A DNA stretch of 56,628 nucleotides, the filler included, from Sphacelaria rigidula (Eukaryota): the NCBI GenBank assembly GCA_964200075.2. It is 6 parts of 6 records of this genome, joined end to end, with 100 filler letters (N's around TTAATTAATTAA, not from the genome) between each part and the next. Parts side by side here need not be neighbours in the genome. Positions count along the whole stretch, not along the records: positions 37,823 to 47,175 come from CAXNAA020008691.1; positions 47,276 to 56,628 come from CAXNAA020008692.1; 4 more parts are not named here. One strand, written 5' to 3'. The translations under genes and the position numbers were made by a program. The notes under the pieces were generated by a model. That model saw only the letters and a program-made list of their open reading frames with translations, made no database searches and was not told the DNA's origin. This document shows, piece by piece, positions 38,950 to 49,380 of this stretch; the stretch's first letter is position 1; the number at the start of each line of letters is the position of its first letter.

Positions 38950-40045
38950 GCAAAACAAACTTTGGACAATCTTTGAGAAACTAAGAAATTACGGGTTCTG
39001 CATACTTCTGACATTGACCGCTGTAATGATAAGGGACAAGAACAGAGAAACTTCATGTTATTCCGGACACGCGCACGCTATGTCAGGGCTGTCAACGCCA
39101 AACAAAATGGTCCGCAACCGGCCAAAATTTGCCGATGGGATACGTTCCGGTGGGACGGTCATACGAGGAAGTGCCGGCAAACCCAGTCAAATGAAGAACA
39201 ACTTCGATGTCAGAAGCTGGAGTACAAAATATGTCTTGTCCGTATTGGACCACCTCACAAGGTATGCTTTGCTCATTCCGGTGCCGAAAAAACAGACCAC
39301 ATCAATATAGCCAAAACTATAATTGACAGAGTCTTTACCGCATTCGGCATCCCGGGAAAGCTACGTTCGAATGAAAGCGCGGAATTTGAGAACAAACTAG
39401 CACACGCACTGCAACAGGAGTTAGGTTTAATTGAAACTCGCACGACACCGCTACGCCCGCAAGGTAGTTCACTGTCGGAACGAGTCCACTCCACCATGCA
39501 TGTGATGTTAGCTATGCATACGTCAGTCGGGAACAAAAACTGGGTACCCATGCTTCCATTCGTCCAATGGCGTACAACACTTCTTATCACAATGCAGTAC
39601 AAGAGACCGTATTTTTCGTTGTTCGGAACACAGCCCAGATTACCAAGTGACATCACGCTCGGCAGACCTGAAGAGAGCCAAGCAGCAACACTCGAAGAAC
39701 TTTCCGAAGAAACACAGGAAACCTATAGTTTGGATCTGAAATTGCGAGACAAGCCCCACGAGAAAGAGCGAACGAGCAGAAAACAAGGACAAATTCAAAT
39801 CTTTCCCAGTGTTCAAACCCGGTCAAGAAATACTCCTGTACCCACCATACCAGCAGGATTCAGAAAGGCTAAACCCCAAACTCCAATTACCATGGAGAGA
39901 ACCTTTCATGATACCCGAGAGGCGATCGCCGGTTGGGTACATAATCAAAATAAGCGACGACTCTAGAGAAACGTCAGTACATCTCGCTAATTTGAAGAAA
40001 TATCAACCGCAAGAAACAGCGCCAACTCCGGACTTTGACAATAGG
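38950..40045 (+). mobile_element. Ty3/Gypsy integrase pseudogene
   Basis: KYVLSVLDHLTRYALLIPVP; FGIPGKLRSNESAEFEN; RTTPLRPQGSSLSERVHSTM; NPKLQLPWREPF (GPY/F-like); frameshifted. Confidence 0.9.
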
Positions 40046-40430
40046 GTAGCTGAATGCTCGCATCCGGACTCGGAATCTAAAACTACAGGGAAGCGGAAAC
40101 GGATGTGACTGTTCAACAGACTGGTCGAGCGTCCTCGCACAACGCTCAAGCGTTGAGCAGTAATCTGGGGTCAAATTTCGGAGATCAATGAGACTGAAAA
40201 GCGACAGCCCAGCAGCTGACCTAACCTATCGAGCTGAAGAAACATCACAAGATAGACACCTCCTCGAAATATACCGTCATGACATCGGGTTAGCAGAGCG
40301 CTCACATCCGGAGTCGAAATCCGAAAATACTGGGTAACGGAAACGGATGTGACTGTTCAACAGACTGTTCGAGTACCCTAGCAAAACGCTCAAGGGTTGA
40401 GCAGTAGCCCGGGGTCACCGTTCGGGGGTC
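39990..40430 (+). repeat. Tandem duplication, period ~245 bp
   Basis: cggaaacggatgtgactgttcaacagactg...aacgctcaag..ttgagcagta at about 40094 and 40338. Confidence 0.8.
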
Positions 40431-40559
40431 AAGGAGAGTCACGAGAGAAGAAAACAAAAACGACGTGAGAAGAATGCAGACATGAACGGAAAAATATTCG
40501 ACATGTCAACGGCGACTGGGGTGCAACTTCCCAAGGAATATGACCTCTCAGCAATCGGG

Positions 40560-41420
40560 GTAGTGCTGACCACTTTGACGATGTTTAGACAAGAACGCAC
40601 AATGCTCACAGGCCGAAAACATCGTAGTCACAGTTTTGTTACTACCACGAAGACGTTGTACTTTTTCGGTGTCAGCGGAACCGAAGGTATCCCAGAACCC
40701 GGACATGAAAAACCCAGGCGCCCGTGGACCGACCAGTGTCCCAGTGTCCAAACATGTAGAAACAGCAGATGCATCCAGCACCAAAGTGCAACGCATCTTG
40801 TGGAAATAGATCACATTGGACACACATACATGCCACAAAATGATACGAAGCAAAGAACATGTCGATGTTTCACCATAGAGAACAATGCTCGCAAGATAAA
40901 CATCAGACCCACCGCTTTGGTACTAACGCGAGGACTGTGTCCTATACTCCGGTGTCCGCGGAACCAAAGGCATCCCAGAACCCGGGCAGGAATACCTCAA
41001 GCGCCCGTGGACCGGTCGGTGTCCCAGTGCCTAGTCAGGTATACCTAGCTGATGCGGCCTGCACCAAAGTGCAAAAGTATCCCATAAAAAACGTGTAACA
41101 CATGATGCAGTTATTTGACACAATACAAGAAGCAAGGATCATTTTGACGGTGTTCAGCCAAAGGAGCACAATGCTCCCAGGTGAAAAAACAAAATACATA
41201 TATGTATCTTCAACACCGCCTTGTTACTAACTAACCCGAGACTTAACCCTACTTAGGTGTCCGCGGAACCAAAGGCATCCCAGAACCCGGGCAGGAATAA
41301 TCTAGGCGTGGACTGATTAGTGTCCCATCGTCCAATCATGCACACCAGCAGATACAACTAGCCCCTAAGTGCAAATACATCTGATGGGATCATACCACAT
41401 ATGACAGCTATATGACAAAA
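40560..41420 (+). repeat. Three diverged tandem units of ~290 bp
   Basis: ggtgtc.gcggaacc.aagg.atcccagaacccgg at about 40668, 40951 and 41256. Confidence 0.85.
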
Positions 41421-42202
41421 AAAGCTTTCGAGGGGGTTTGGAATGATTGCATTGCTACTGACCAAGGGTAGCTAAAATTTACTGGGGATGTTTACTCAAT
41501 ACCACAGTATAGAGAAGGGCTACCTTTGCGATTAGTGGTGGCATTACTCAATCAATGATTGTCACTCAAAGAATCCTCCTTGAATATATCATCAGCTTCG
41601 CTGATGATCGTCTCGTCCCACCAGCCATAGCCTCGACGGGCTTGAGGCGCATAAAGGCGGGGGAAATGTGGAGGATACCACTTTGCAGTGATATATCAGA
41701 GACTGATGCCACACATGTATAAAGACCTGGCGCAAGCACGGACAAGATAGGAACGGTCCGGAAGGACCAGATTACCGAGGACCCTGTAGTACCGACGTAA
41801 CTAGACAACTCGAGGTGATGCCAGGAAGAGCCTAATATTAGGATGGTCCAACATCCTTCGAGGTTCTGGTCGCCTCTGGCGATCACTTCTAGTCTGACCC
41901 CCCTTCTTGCCTACATATTCAAGAGGAAATCATCGCCAGCCTCGGAGTTCCTTCAGCATCAGGACGGCAGTCTCCCCCCGTAGGTCTCTGACTACTCTAG
42001 CGGTACGCCTTCCTCAAATATGCAGGCATCTTGCATCTGTTTTATTTCTTTCAACCAATCACATTTATCCACAGAAAATAAACTCAAGCTACTCAAATTC
42101 CAGTGACCACATTGGGGTCTCTATAATAGATCGTGGGCCGATTTGGGCGAGAGATTAACCGGATGCCATAAAATCTATCGAGCAGAGCGTCGTGGATCCT
42201 CC

Positions 42203-42892
42203 TCAACAGAAAAAATCGAATCCCCAGGGGCGCTTTATGTACCAGCCTTTGGCTGGAAAATTGAATATCCTGACACCAATGAAGAAAAGCAAGTCATTCT
42301 GCAGATACAGTTGCGGTAAGCTCCTTGAAAAATCAAGAATTCTGGGGTATTCTCGAACGTCGGCGAACTCGTACATCCTCAGCATGTCCGCCATGCGCGC
42401 ACGCTCCTCGGATGATTGTCCGGGGATGATGATGTCCAGTACGATGGGAGCTCGATTTCCCCAGTCGATGTACGTAGTCGAACGTCCTTGTAGTCGAAGC
42501 GGCTGATTAGTCAGGCTTGCACGCGCATTGGCTGTTACGCCGCGCTGTGTTCTCTGGCGGTGCGAAGTGCGGTATGCACTGCCATTGGTTGTTGGGTTTC
42601 GCCCGACGTGTCCGCGCGCATTTCTGTTTCCTTGCCTCGAGTTCCCGATGTTGATGCGGTGGTTCATGATGGAGATGTTGATGTAGAAGATGTTGGAGGT
42701 AGGAGGTGTTGGAGGCATGGATTGAGAAGATGTTGGGGGTTGAAGGTGTTGGAGGTATGGGTTGAGAGTGATGCGTTGTGGCCCTTGGGATGTTTGTCGA
42801 GATGTCTCTTGGGTGATCGACACTCGAAATATTGGAAGGTCGAAGTCAAGCGTTGAAAATGCCCCTGACGATGAATATCCTGCCCGATTCAT
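42203..42892 (-). CDS. Extra ORF immediately downstream of Copia pol; unknown function, probably frameshifted with continuation to ~41560
   Basis: 229-aa ORF whose ATG lies 5 nt after the pol stop, on the same strand; low-complexity N/R/Q-rich N-half and a globular-looking C-half. Confidence 0.5.
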   Translation of the reverse strand: MNRAGYSSSGAFSTLDFDLPIFRVSITQETSRQTSQGPQRITLNPYLQHLQPPTSSQSMPPTPPTSNIFYINISIMNHRINIGNSRQGNRNARGHVGRNPTTNGSAYRTSHRQRTQRGVTANARASLTNQPLRLQGRSTTYIDWGNRAPIVLDIIIPGQSSEERARMADMLRMYEFADVREYPRILDFSRSLPQLYLQNDLLFFIGVRIFNFPAKGWYIKRPWGFDFFC

Positions 42893-42897
42893 ACCCG

Positions 42898-45800
42898 TTA
42901 CCCCCCAAATTCGGTTATAGCCTTCAGCAGTCTCTGATGTACAATTCTATCTCAACTCTTGGTGGAAGATCGGCTAACTGTTCTGAGGATCGTACATGGT
43001 TTATCCTTAGTTGTCCGGCTCGAACCATATATTTTAAGTTAATGGACTGTAGCTAGGCGTTTCGAGCTGGTGCTGAAGTTGGCGTTCGAAGACAGATGAA
43101 GTGCGCCTTGTGGATCCGAGTAAATAGTCGCGGGCTTAATAGATGACCACCCAAGCTCTCGTATAAGATCGAAGAGATACGCTCCGAATTTGCCGCATTT
43201 CGAAAGGGCAATTAACTCCGCTTCTGCCGTAAAAGAAGCTGTAATACGTTGTGGACTCGAAGTGAAATGAACTAGCCCGTTACACAGGAAAAACAACGTC
43301 CCCGTCGTGGATCGCATTTCCCCCTGAAGTCCGGCATTACCATAGCAAAAGTCATAATATTCCTTTCAATCCAGATTCTTATTGGAGGTTAGGTACGTTA
43401 GTGGAAGATTAGGCTTTCTTTTCAGGGACCGAAATATCCGTTCAACCGCTACTAAGTGCTGACTGCTCGGGCTGCTCATATGACGTGCTACCTGGGGGAC
43501 ACTAAATGCGATGTCGAATATTGTTTTATGAGCCAGGAAGATGAGGCTCCCAACCATCGCTTGATAATTAGTTTTCTCTGACGATTCCAGGAAGGTATCT
43601 TCAGACGCATCGTCGACGGGTTGATGTGGTGTTCCCGGTGTATGAACTGGATCGGATGACTCCATTCCGAATTTCTTGAGCATTGGTTTTACGCACCTAT
43701 GCTGGGACAACATGAGAGATCCTCGCGCTTCATCTCTGATGACCTCTATACCGAGAATAAGAGAAACTGGCCCTAGCTCGGAGATGAAGAATCTTGACTT
43801 CAGTGCGTCCTGAACCTGTTGCAGTATGCTGATGGACGGTCCTGTCATCAAGACATCAGCTACATACAGAGTAAGCATCACATATCCCTCATGGGATCCT
43901 TTCGTGTAGACATATGGGTCACTTGGCGTGGTTAAAAAACTCATTTTCCGTAGCTCCGTACCCATTGTAACGTTCCACACATTTGGACTCTGGCGAAGTC
44001 CGTAGAGAGCGCGCTTAAGGCGCATCACTTGTGATTCTCCTGTCGTTAGGTCGAACGTTTCGAAGCCAGGCGGTTGTCTACAGGATAATGTTTCCAGTAG
44101 CTTTCCATTTAAGAAAGCAGTTTGTACGTCGATGGCTAAGATGGGCCAATTTTTCGCAGAAGCAATTGCCAGTAATAATCTGACTTTCCAACCTGCAAAC
44201 TGGAGCGAAAGTCCCCCCGCAGTCGCGTCCATGCCTCTGAGACCAGCCCTGAACCACCAACCGGGCTTTAAAACGCCCATTGGCCTTGACCTTCGAGACC
44301 CACCTTGTACCGATGATGTTGTCGTTGCTGGGAACAGAGCTGGCTAAGATGATGTCGGCTACTTCATGATTTTTAGTGCTTCGAAGTTCGTCCAGCATGG
44401 CTGCTTTCCATTTCTTCGCGTATGGTGAGCTCAACGCCTGTTGATCATTGGTAGGGATTGAAATTGCTGCGGGTGGTGCAACCTGTTCAACTCCGACTGT
44501 GCCTATGTACTGACATACCGTTTCCAGTGTTGCCGCAGCATGTTGATCTCCAGAAGACATGAAGGCTAGTCGCTGCAGCTCACTGGTTTGTCGTTTGTTA
44601 ACGGGTTCAGAAGGATGATGATTGGGACCGCCGGCTGAACGCAATCTCCTTTGGGCGATTGGCGGCCTTGTAGTCGGTGAATTGTCCTCCGTTGTGCTGT
44701 CCTCTAGCTGAGCTATACCATCGTAGATATTTATGTTAAAGTTGTTTGTGTCGTCATACTGTTCCTGATCAACTACAGATTCGTTGGGTTCCTGGATGTC
44801 CAATGTCGAAAAATCTTCATCACCGTAAGGAGCTCCTTTTACTTGTTCGATGGAAGTAACGTTTCTGGAGCTGGATACTTTTCCCGAGTAGCGGTTGTAA
44901 ATACGGTATGACGAGCTACCGGAATCATACCCTACTAGCACTCCTTCCCAAGCCTTTTCTTCAAACTTACTGTGATGACGCTCCCTGTGCGTAAACGCCC
45001 TCGAGCCACTTGTCCCTTAGAATGATGCCTTCGGTTGCTTGAGAAACATCCGAAAATATGGAGCATCACAGTCGATGCTCTTGATTAAAAAGACCGCAGT
45101 TGCAGCAATTTCTCCCCAAAAAACTTTCAGCAAATTCGATTCGTTCAGAAAGCAACGTGTGACGTTCAAGATGCTCCGCCCATCTCTTTCACTGATGCCA
45201 TTCTGCTGGAGATTGTATGGGTTGATAAATTCTTGACGAATACCCGTAGTTTTGCAGTACCTCTTAAAATAGTCCGCGATATATTCACCCCCACGGTCTG
45301 ACCGCAGGCGGTGTACACGGAGTCCTAAAGGAATGGCCAAATCTTGGATGAACCTGCAGAGCGTAGTTAGGGTGTCATCCTTCGTTTTGATGAAGTAGAC
45401 TACCTTGAAACGCGTGAAGTGATCCGTGAATTTTGTCATGTAACGATAGCCTCCCCGTGCCATGGGCGTGATCGGTCCTGTTAGCCCAGTGTTGACCAGT
45501 TGTAGTCGTTCCGAAATATTCGTAGAGTCAAGAGTCTTGGGGTGGTCCTGCTGTACACTCTCATTAATTTTGCACGTTACTCAAGGTGACAATAACCCCC
45601 CAAAGTTCACACCTGATTCAGGGTTATTTAGTAGACGGCGCATGACCTGCTCCGTGGGGCGTCCAAGTCGCCTACGCCAAATGTCTGCTCCTGTCGTAGT
45701 AGACAAAGCTGTCGTGTCTGCTCCCGCCGTGGCAGACATGGCTGCTGGAGCTCCCGGTATGTCGTGGTGAATGGCTTCTGCAACAACGGCTGTCCTGATG

Positions 45801-47097
45801 CCCATAGATTCTCCTGACATAATTATGGCTGTAAATGCTGAGCTGTTATTGATACTACCCGGTTTCCGAGAAACCTTCACGCTGATGTACTGTAAGGCTC
45901 CGTTGCTGTCACTATTGATAGGCACTTGAAACTTTTCAAGGACGATATGGGATTTGTGAGGAAATATAGTCGAAGCTCCCTTCGCAAGAGCTTGCACAGG
46001 GGAGAACAGATGTTTCCCCAAACCTGGGACAATCACGACTGGGAGCTGAACAGAACGTTGGTACGCCTCAGAGTCAATGGCGACGGTGTTGAGAACTCCT
46101 TTTGCTGTACCATGCAGTAGATGGCGTCCCGCTGTTACAACAGTCATCGGGGAATGAAGTTTGACACACTCGTTCATTTCACGTTCGATATTGACAACAA
46201 CTGATCATCCAGAAAGTGTCCAGTGCTGCCGCTGTCCACTGTTAACTGAATAAAAATTTGATCAGATGTATCAGTGACATGTAAACCAGAAAGAATAGAA
46301 AATCCCATACCGTTTGGTGCTGAAGATGAATCGATCACTGTCGAAGCTATTGATGAAGAGGTTCGTAGGCCATTGTTATTCGATGGTGCGGTTGTAGAAG
46401 CTGAATCGGCGACGGCTGTATTGGCTTGGCGTCGATGTCCGTCGAAGTTGTTGCTGCCGACGTTGCTGTTGTGGTTGCGCCTACTGTTGTTGTTGCTGCT
46501 GTTGTCGCGGTTGTTGTTTCGATGGCGGCGATTTCTACGACAATGATGGCCATTGTTGTTTCCAGCGTTGTTGATCGCATTCCCGCTGTTCTGATGAGCT
46601 CTACACTCAGAATCGTCATGCTTGTCAGTATGATGGAAACTGCACCATTTTACAAGCCTGTTTCCATGGTTTGACTGCATTTTAGAACGAGTCCCTCATA
46701 TGATATCCTGGCCTCCCGCAGATGTAGCAATTTCCACGGAATTTCTGGGGTTGATTCAAAGGTTTCGGTAGTGATGCCACCAGCAGTGATGGGTCGCGGC
46801 CATGCGATTTGCCGGAGGTAATTCTCCGCGCCATGCGATTAGCATACATATTTCGCATTGTTGTTTCGATGCTCTCAATGCTGATATCTAGGTCACGCTC
46901 CGTATTGTACTTGATGAGATCATACTCGCTTTGTTGAACCTTCGATCACTACGTCAGTCAGCCTTTTTTCGGAAATGACCTCGCCAACGTTTTCCAGTTC
47001 GTCCCGAAGCTAATGCACTTTGCTAAAAAATACATCAGGATCTTGCCCTGGTGACATAGTGACGTTGATGAGTTTTCTCATCAAGATCCTGACTCTC
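42898..47097 (-). mobile_element. Ty1/Copia gag-pol (pseudogenised, 5' end missing)
   Basis: Gag MSPGQDPDVFF..EYDLIKYN; knuckle CYICGRPG; protease LTVDSGSTGHF; IWRRRLGRP; integrase KFTDHFTRF, LRSDRGGEY, QQNGISER; RT IDVQTAFLNG, LKRALYGLRQSP, LYVAD; RNase H ASFTAEAELIAL, IYSD; ends KAITEFGG*. Confidence 0.97.
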
Positions 47098-47175
47098 TCT
47101 CTTTTTCTTCTTTTTTTTCCCTCACACTTTGAACCCCTCCCCTTCCTCGGGATGAGTCCGTGGTCTCAAGGAATC

Positions 47176-47275
47176 NNNNNNNNNNNNNNNNNNNNNNNNN
47201 NNNNNNNNNNNNNNNNNNNTTAATTAATTAANNNNNNNNNNNNNNNNNNNNNNNNNNNNNNNNNNNNNNNNNNNN
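47176..47275. other. Artificial contig linker
   Basis: 44 N + TTAATTAATTAA + 44 N. Confidence 0.99.
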
Positions 47276-47399
47276 CCGCCCAATTCGTTTCCGGTGATGA
47301 GATATTGCTCTGCCAGGTTAAATCCGTTTCTGGGCTAGCCCAGCTCGTAGTTGGGACGTGAGATCAAATGTCGGTGAAGTCGCCCGATCTTGGATTTTT

Positions 47400-47685
47400 T
47401 CCCCCCCTCACCATGCCCAACTGTGGAGAACGACTCATGTCGTAGGTACACAAAGTTCAATTGTACGGTCGACGAGGGAAAGGGACCGCTGAGAGCTTTT
47501 CGCGAAAAAAAAGGAAAAAATTGAGGCACCGCAGAAGGCAGGTGGAATGCTAAAACAAATACAAAAAAAAAAACTTCGATGTTGACCTTCCTCCTGTATG
47601 GCCCCGGCTAATGCGCCTACATATACTGAAAGGTGTAGACTGGCGTCCAGAATAGATGGGATGACAGCACAGACACAACACACTC
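47400..47685 (+). repeat. SINE-like or LINE-3'-end repeat with (CA)n-like tail, copy 1
   Basis: Reverse complement of 52236-52525 (ccatgcccaa...ggtcgacgagggaaagggacc...cgtccagaataga..acacaacacac). Confidence 0.75.
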
Positions 47686-48419
47686 CCTAGTAATCCCATA
47701 TCCCACTGTACCTACCTACATTTGTTTGCCTCGCATGCCATTTGTCATGCTAATGTAGGACGTGGCCCAATACGATTGGATGCGATTAGTAAGTCCTGCG
47801 GGGTGGGTGGGGCCGAGTTGCCCAGCCTGCAGCTGTCCGTTCTGTCCGGAACCCACGTAATACAACGGGGTGAAGCTCGGCGACTTGCCTTTCATGTACA
47901 GCAAAAAATACTCGACCTCTGGTTCGTTCACTACGGCTTTGTGACACCACCACTCGCTGCAGCGTAAAACGGCGATCATATTTACTTGATACCTGTAGAA
48001 TAATCCATCTGTCGCCGTCACCCCAAAAAGTACCTTTCTCAGGAAATATAAGTTCAAGCAACGAGCAGAGTCCTGATTGGGGGAGGGGGAGAGGGGGGGT
48101 TCTCAATTGTCGCTCGCCTCAGTTATATGACCTTAGACCACGCATGCCTTTCGAGACGGAAAATCGTTTCTGCTCCTAATAGACACACCTCGAACATTTG
48201 AGCGCTCATGACGTTTTTTCCATACGTTACATCGCAGCCTCTTACTCATCTTATCCGCTTCCTCTTTCACCGTCTGTGGTCACCCACCATCGATCTCCTA
48301 GTATAGCGATCGCTGTTTTCCTCACCATCGTATGTACCAACACCTACCTCTCCATGTCACACTCGCTTAGTTCCCTCATATCCTCCTCCAACACTTCGGG
48401 TTCCTCTTGGAGGGGGGAA

Positions 48420-48790
48420 GGGGTACTAATGGTCTTGCATGCCGTAGTCATCTGACCACGGCCGCGCATCCCTACGAAGCCGGGACGGAGCACGCTGGGT
48501 CCTAGCCGGACCAGACTTGCAACCACCAAGCGCTAAGCGCCGTCATGTGTTCGGCGGGTTGCATGAAGGGTGAGCTGCATCCCACCAAGATTGTTCCGCC
48601 CGACGCGCACTAACTATTTCCCAGGTGGATAACAGCCGCGCATGAGAAGCTTCATTCTCTGATATCGTCACCTCCAGACACACAGGTTACACACTGCCTC
48701 ACGGGTGTTTCATTATTCAAAATACTGCGTAGCACGATCATCCCCCTCGCGCGGAGTTGAGGTTCTCCACCCCGCACAATAGGGCCATGA
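48420..48790. repeat. High-copy SINE-like dispersed repeat
   Basis: Shares segments with 11535-11650, 9457-9495, 18913-19000 and, inverted, 56555-56628 (cactgcctca.gggtgt; cgcatccctac.aagccgggacggagcacgc). Confidence 0.7.
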
Positions 48791-49290
48791 GGTTAAATGA
48801 CTACAAACACCGCCGCCACGCCCGGGGCGTTTGACGAGCCAGTTAAAGTACGAGTACTGCAGGTCCATCTGTTGTACAACTTGCGAGCGGGAAAAGAAAA
48901 AGACTGTTGCTCGGGCTGTCATTTACGATGGTGGAATTCTAATCGTAGTGCGGTCGTCCGAAGTGTGTGGTCCCGATATAGTGCGGCCCTATAAACTTCA
49001 TGGTGCCATTACAGTGCGGTCCTCCGAAGTTTGGGGTCCCACTACAGTGCGGTCACGTTCACCACCTGTCACGAATACGACCCGCTGTACCACAATCAAG
49101 TAATTGCACGAATGGTTCTACGGTAGGGGTGGAAATTCTCTTTCTGAGGCTCTGCACTGTCGGAGTGCGGTCATACCGGGCTGGAGCCCCGCTGTACTAC
49201 GCTCCCTTTGTGCTACTACAGTACGCGCAGATACATGGAAGAGAAAAAGAACCGCACATTCTAAAATTTTCGTTTCATCCATCAAAACAC

Positions 49291-49380
49291 CTGGGAAACT
49301 TCTGGTGCGGAATCATGAGCGAACCGTTCCAGGGCAGGGACCGAGCTCTCCGCACCAATAGCTCCCAGCGCCTCCGCAGC
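49291..49380 (-). CDS. DOHH: Single exon of a HEAT-repeat protein, most likely deoxyhypusine hydroxylase
   Basis: tttttcag|GCT...CAG|gtgttt; 90 nt, phase 0/0. AAEALGAIGAESSVPALERFAHDSAPEVSQ matches DOHH (HE)AxEALGAIG...D...EV.(TC). Flanking exons were not found in this contig. Confidence 0.75.

Noticed and set aside
48800-48870. Next DOHH exon (MDLQYSYFNWL or TCSTR)
   Set aside because: The AG-compatible frame does not match DOHH, and the TC frame lacks an AG acceptor.
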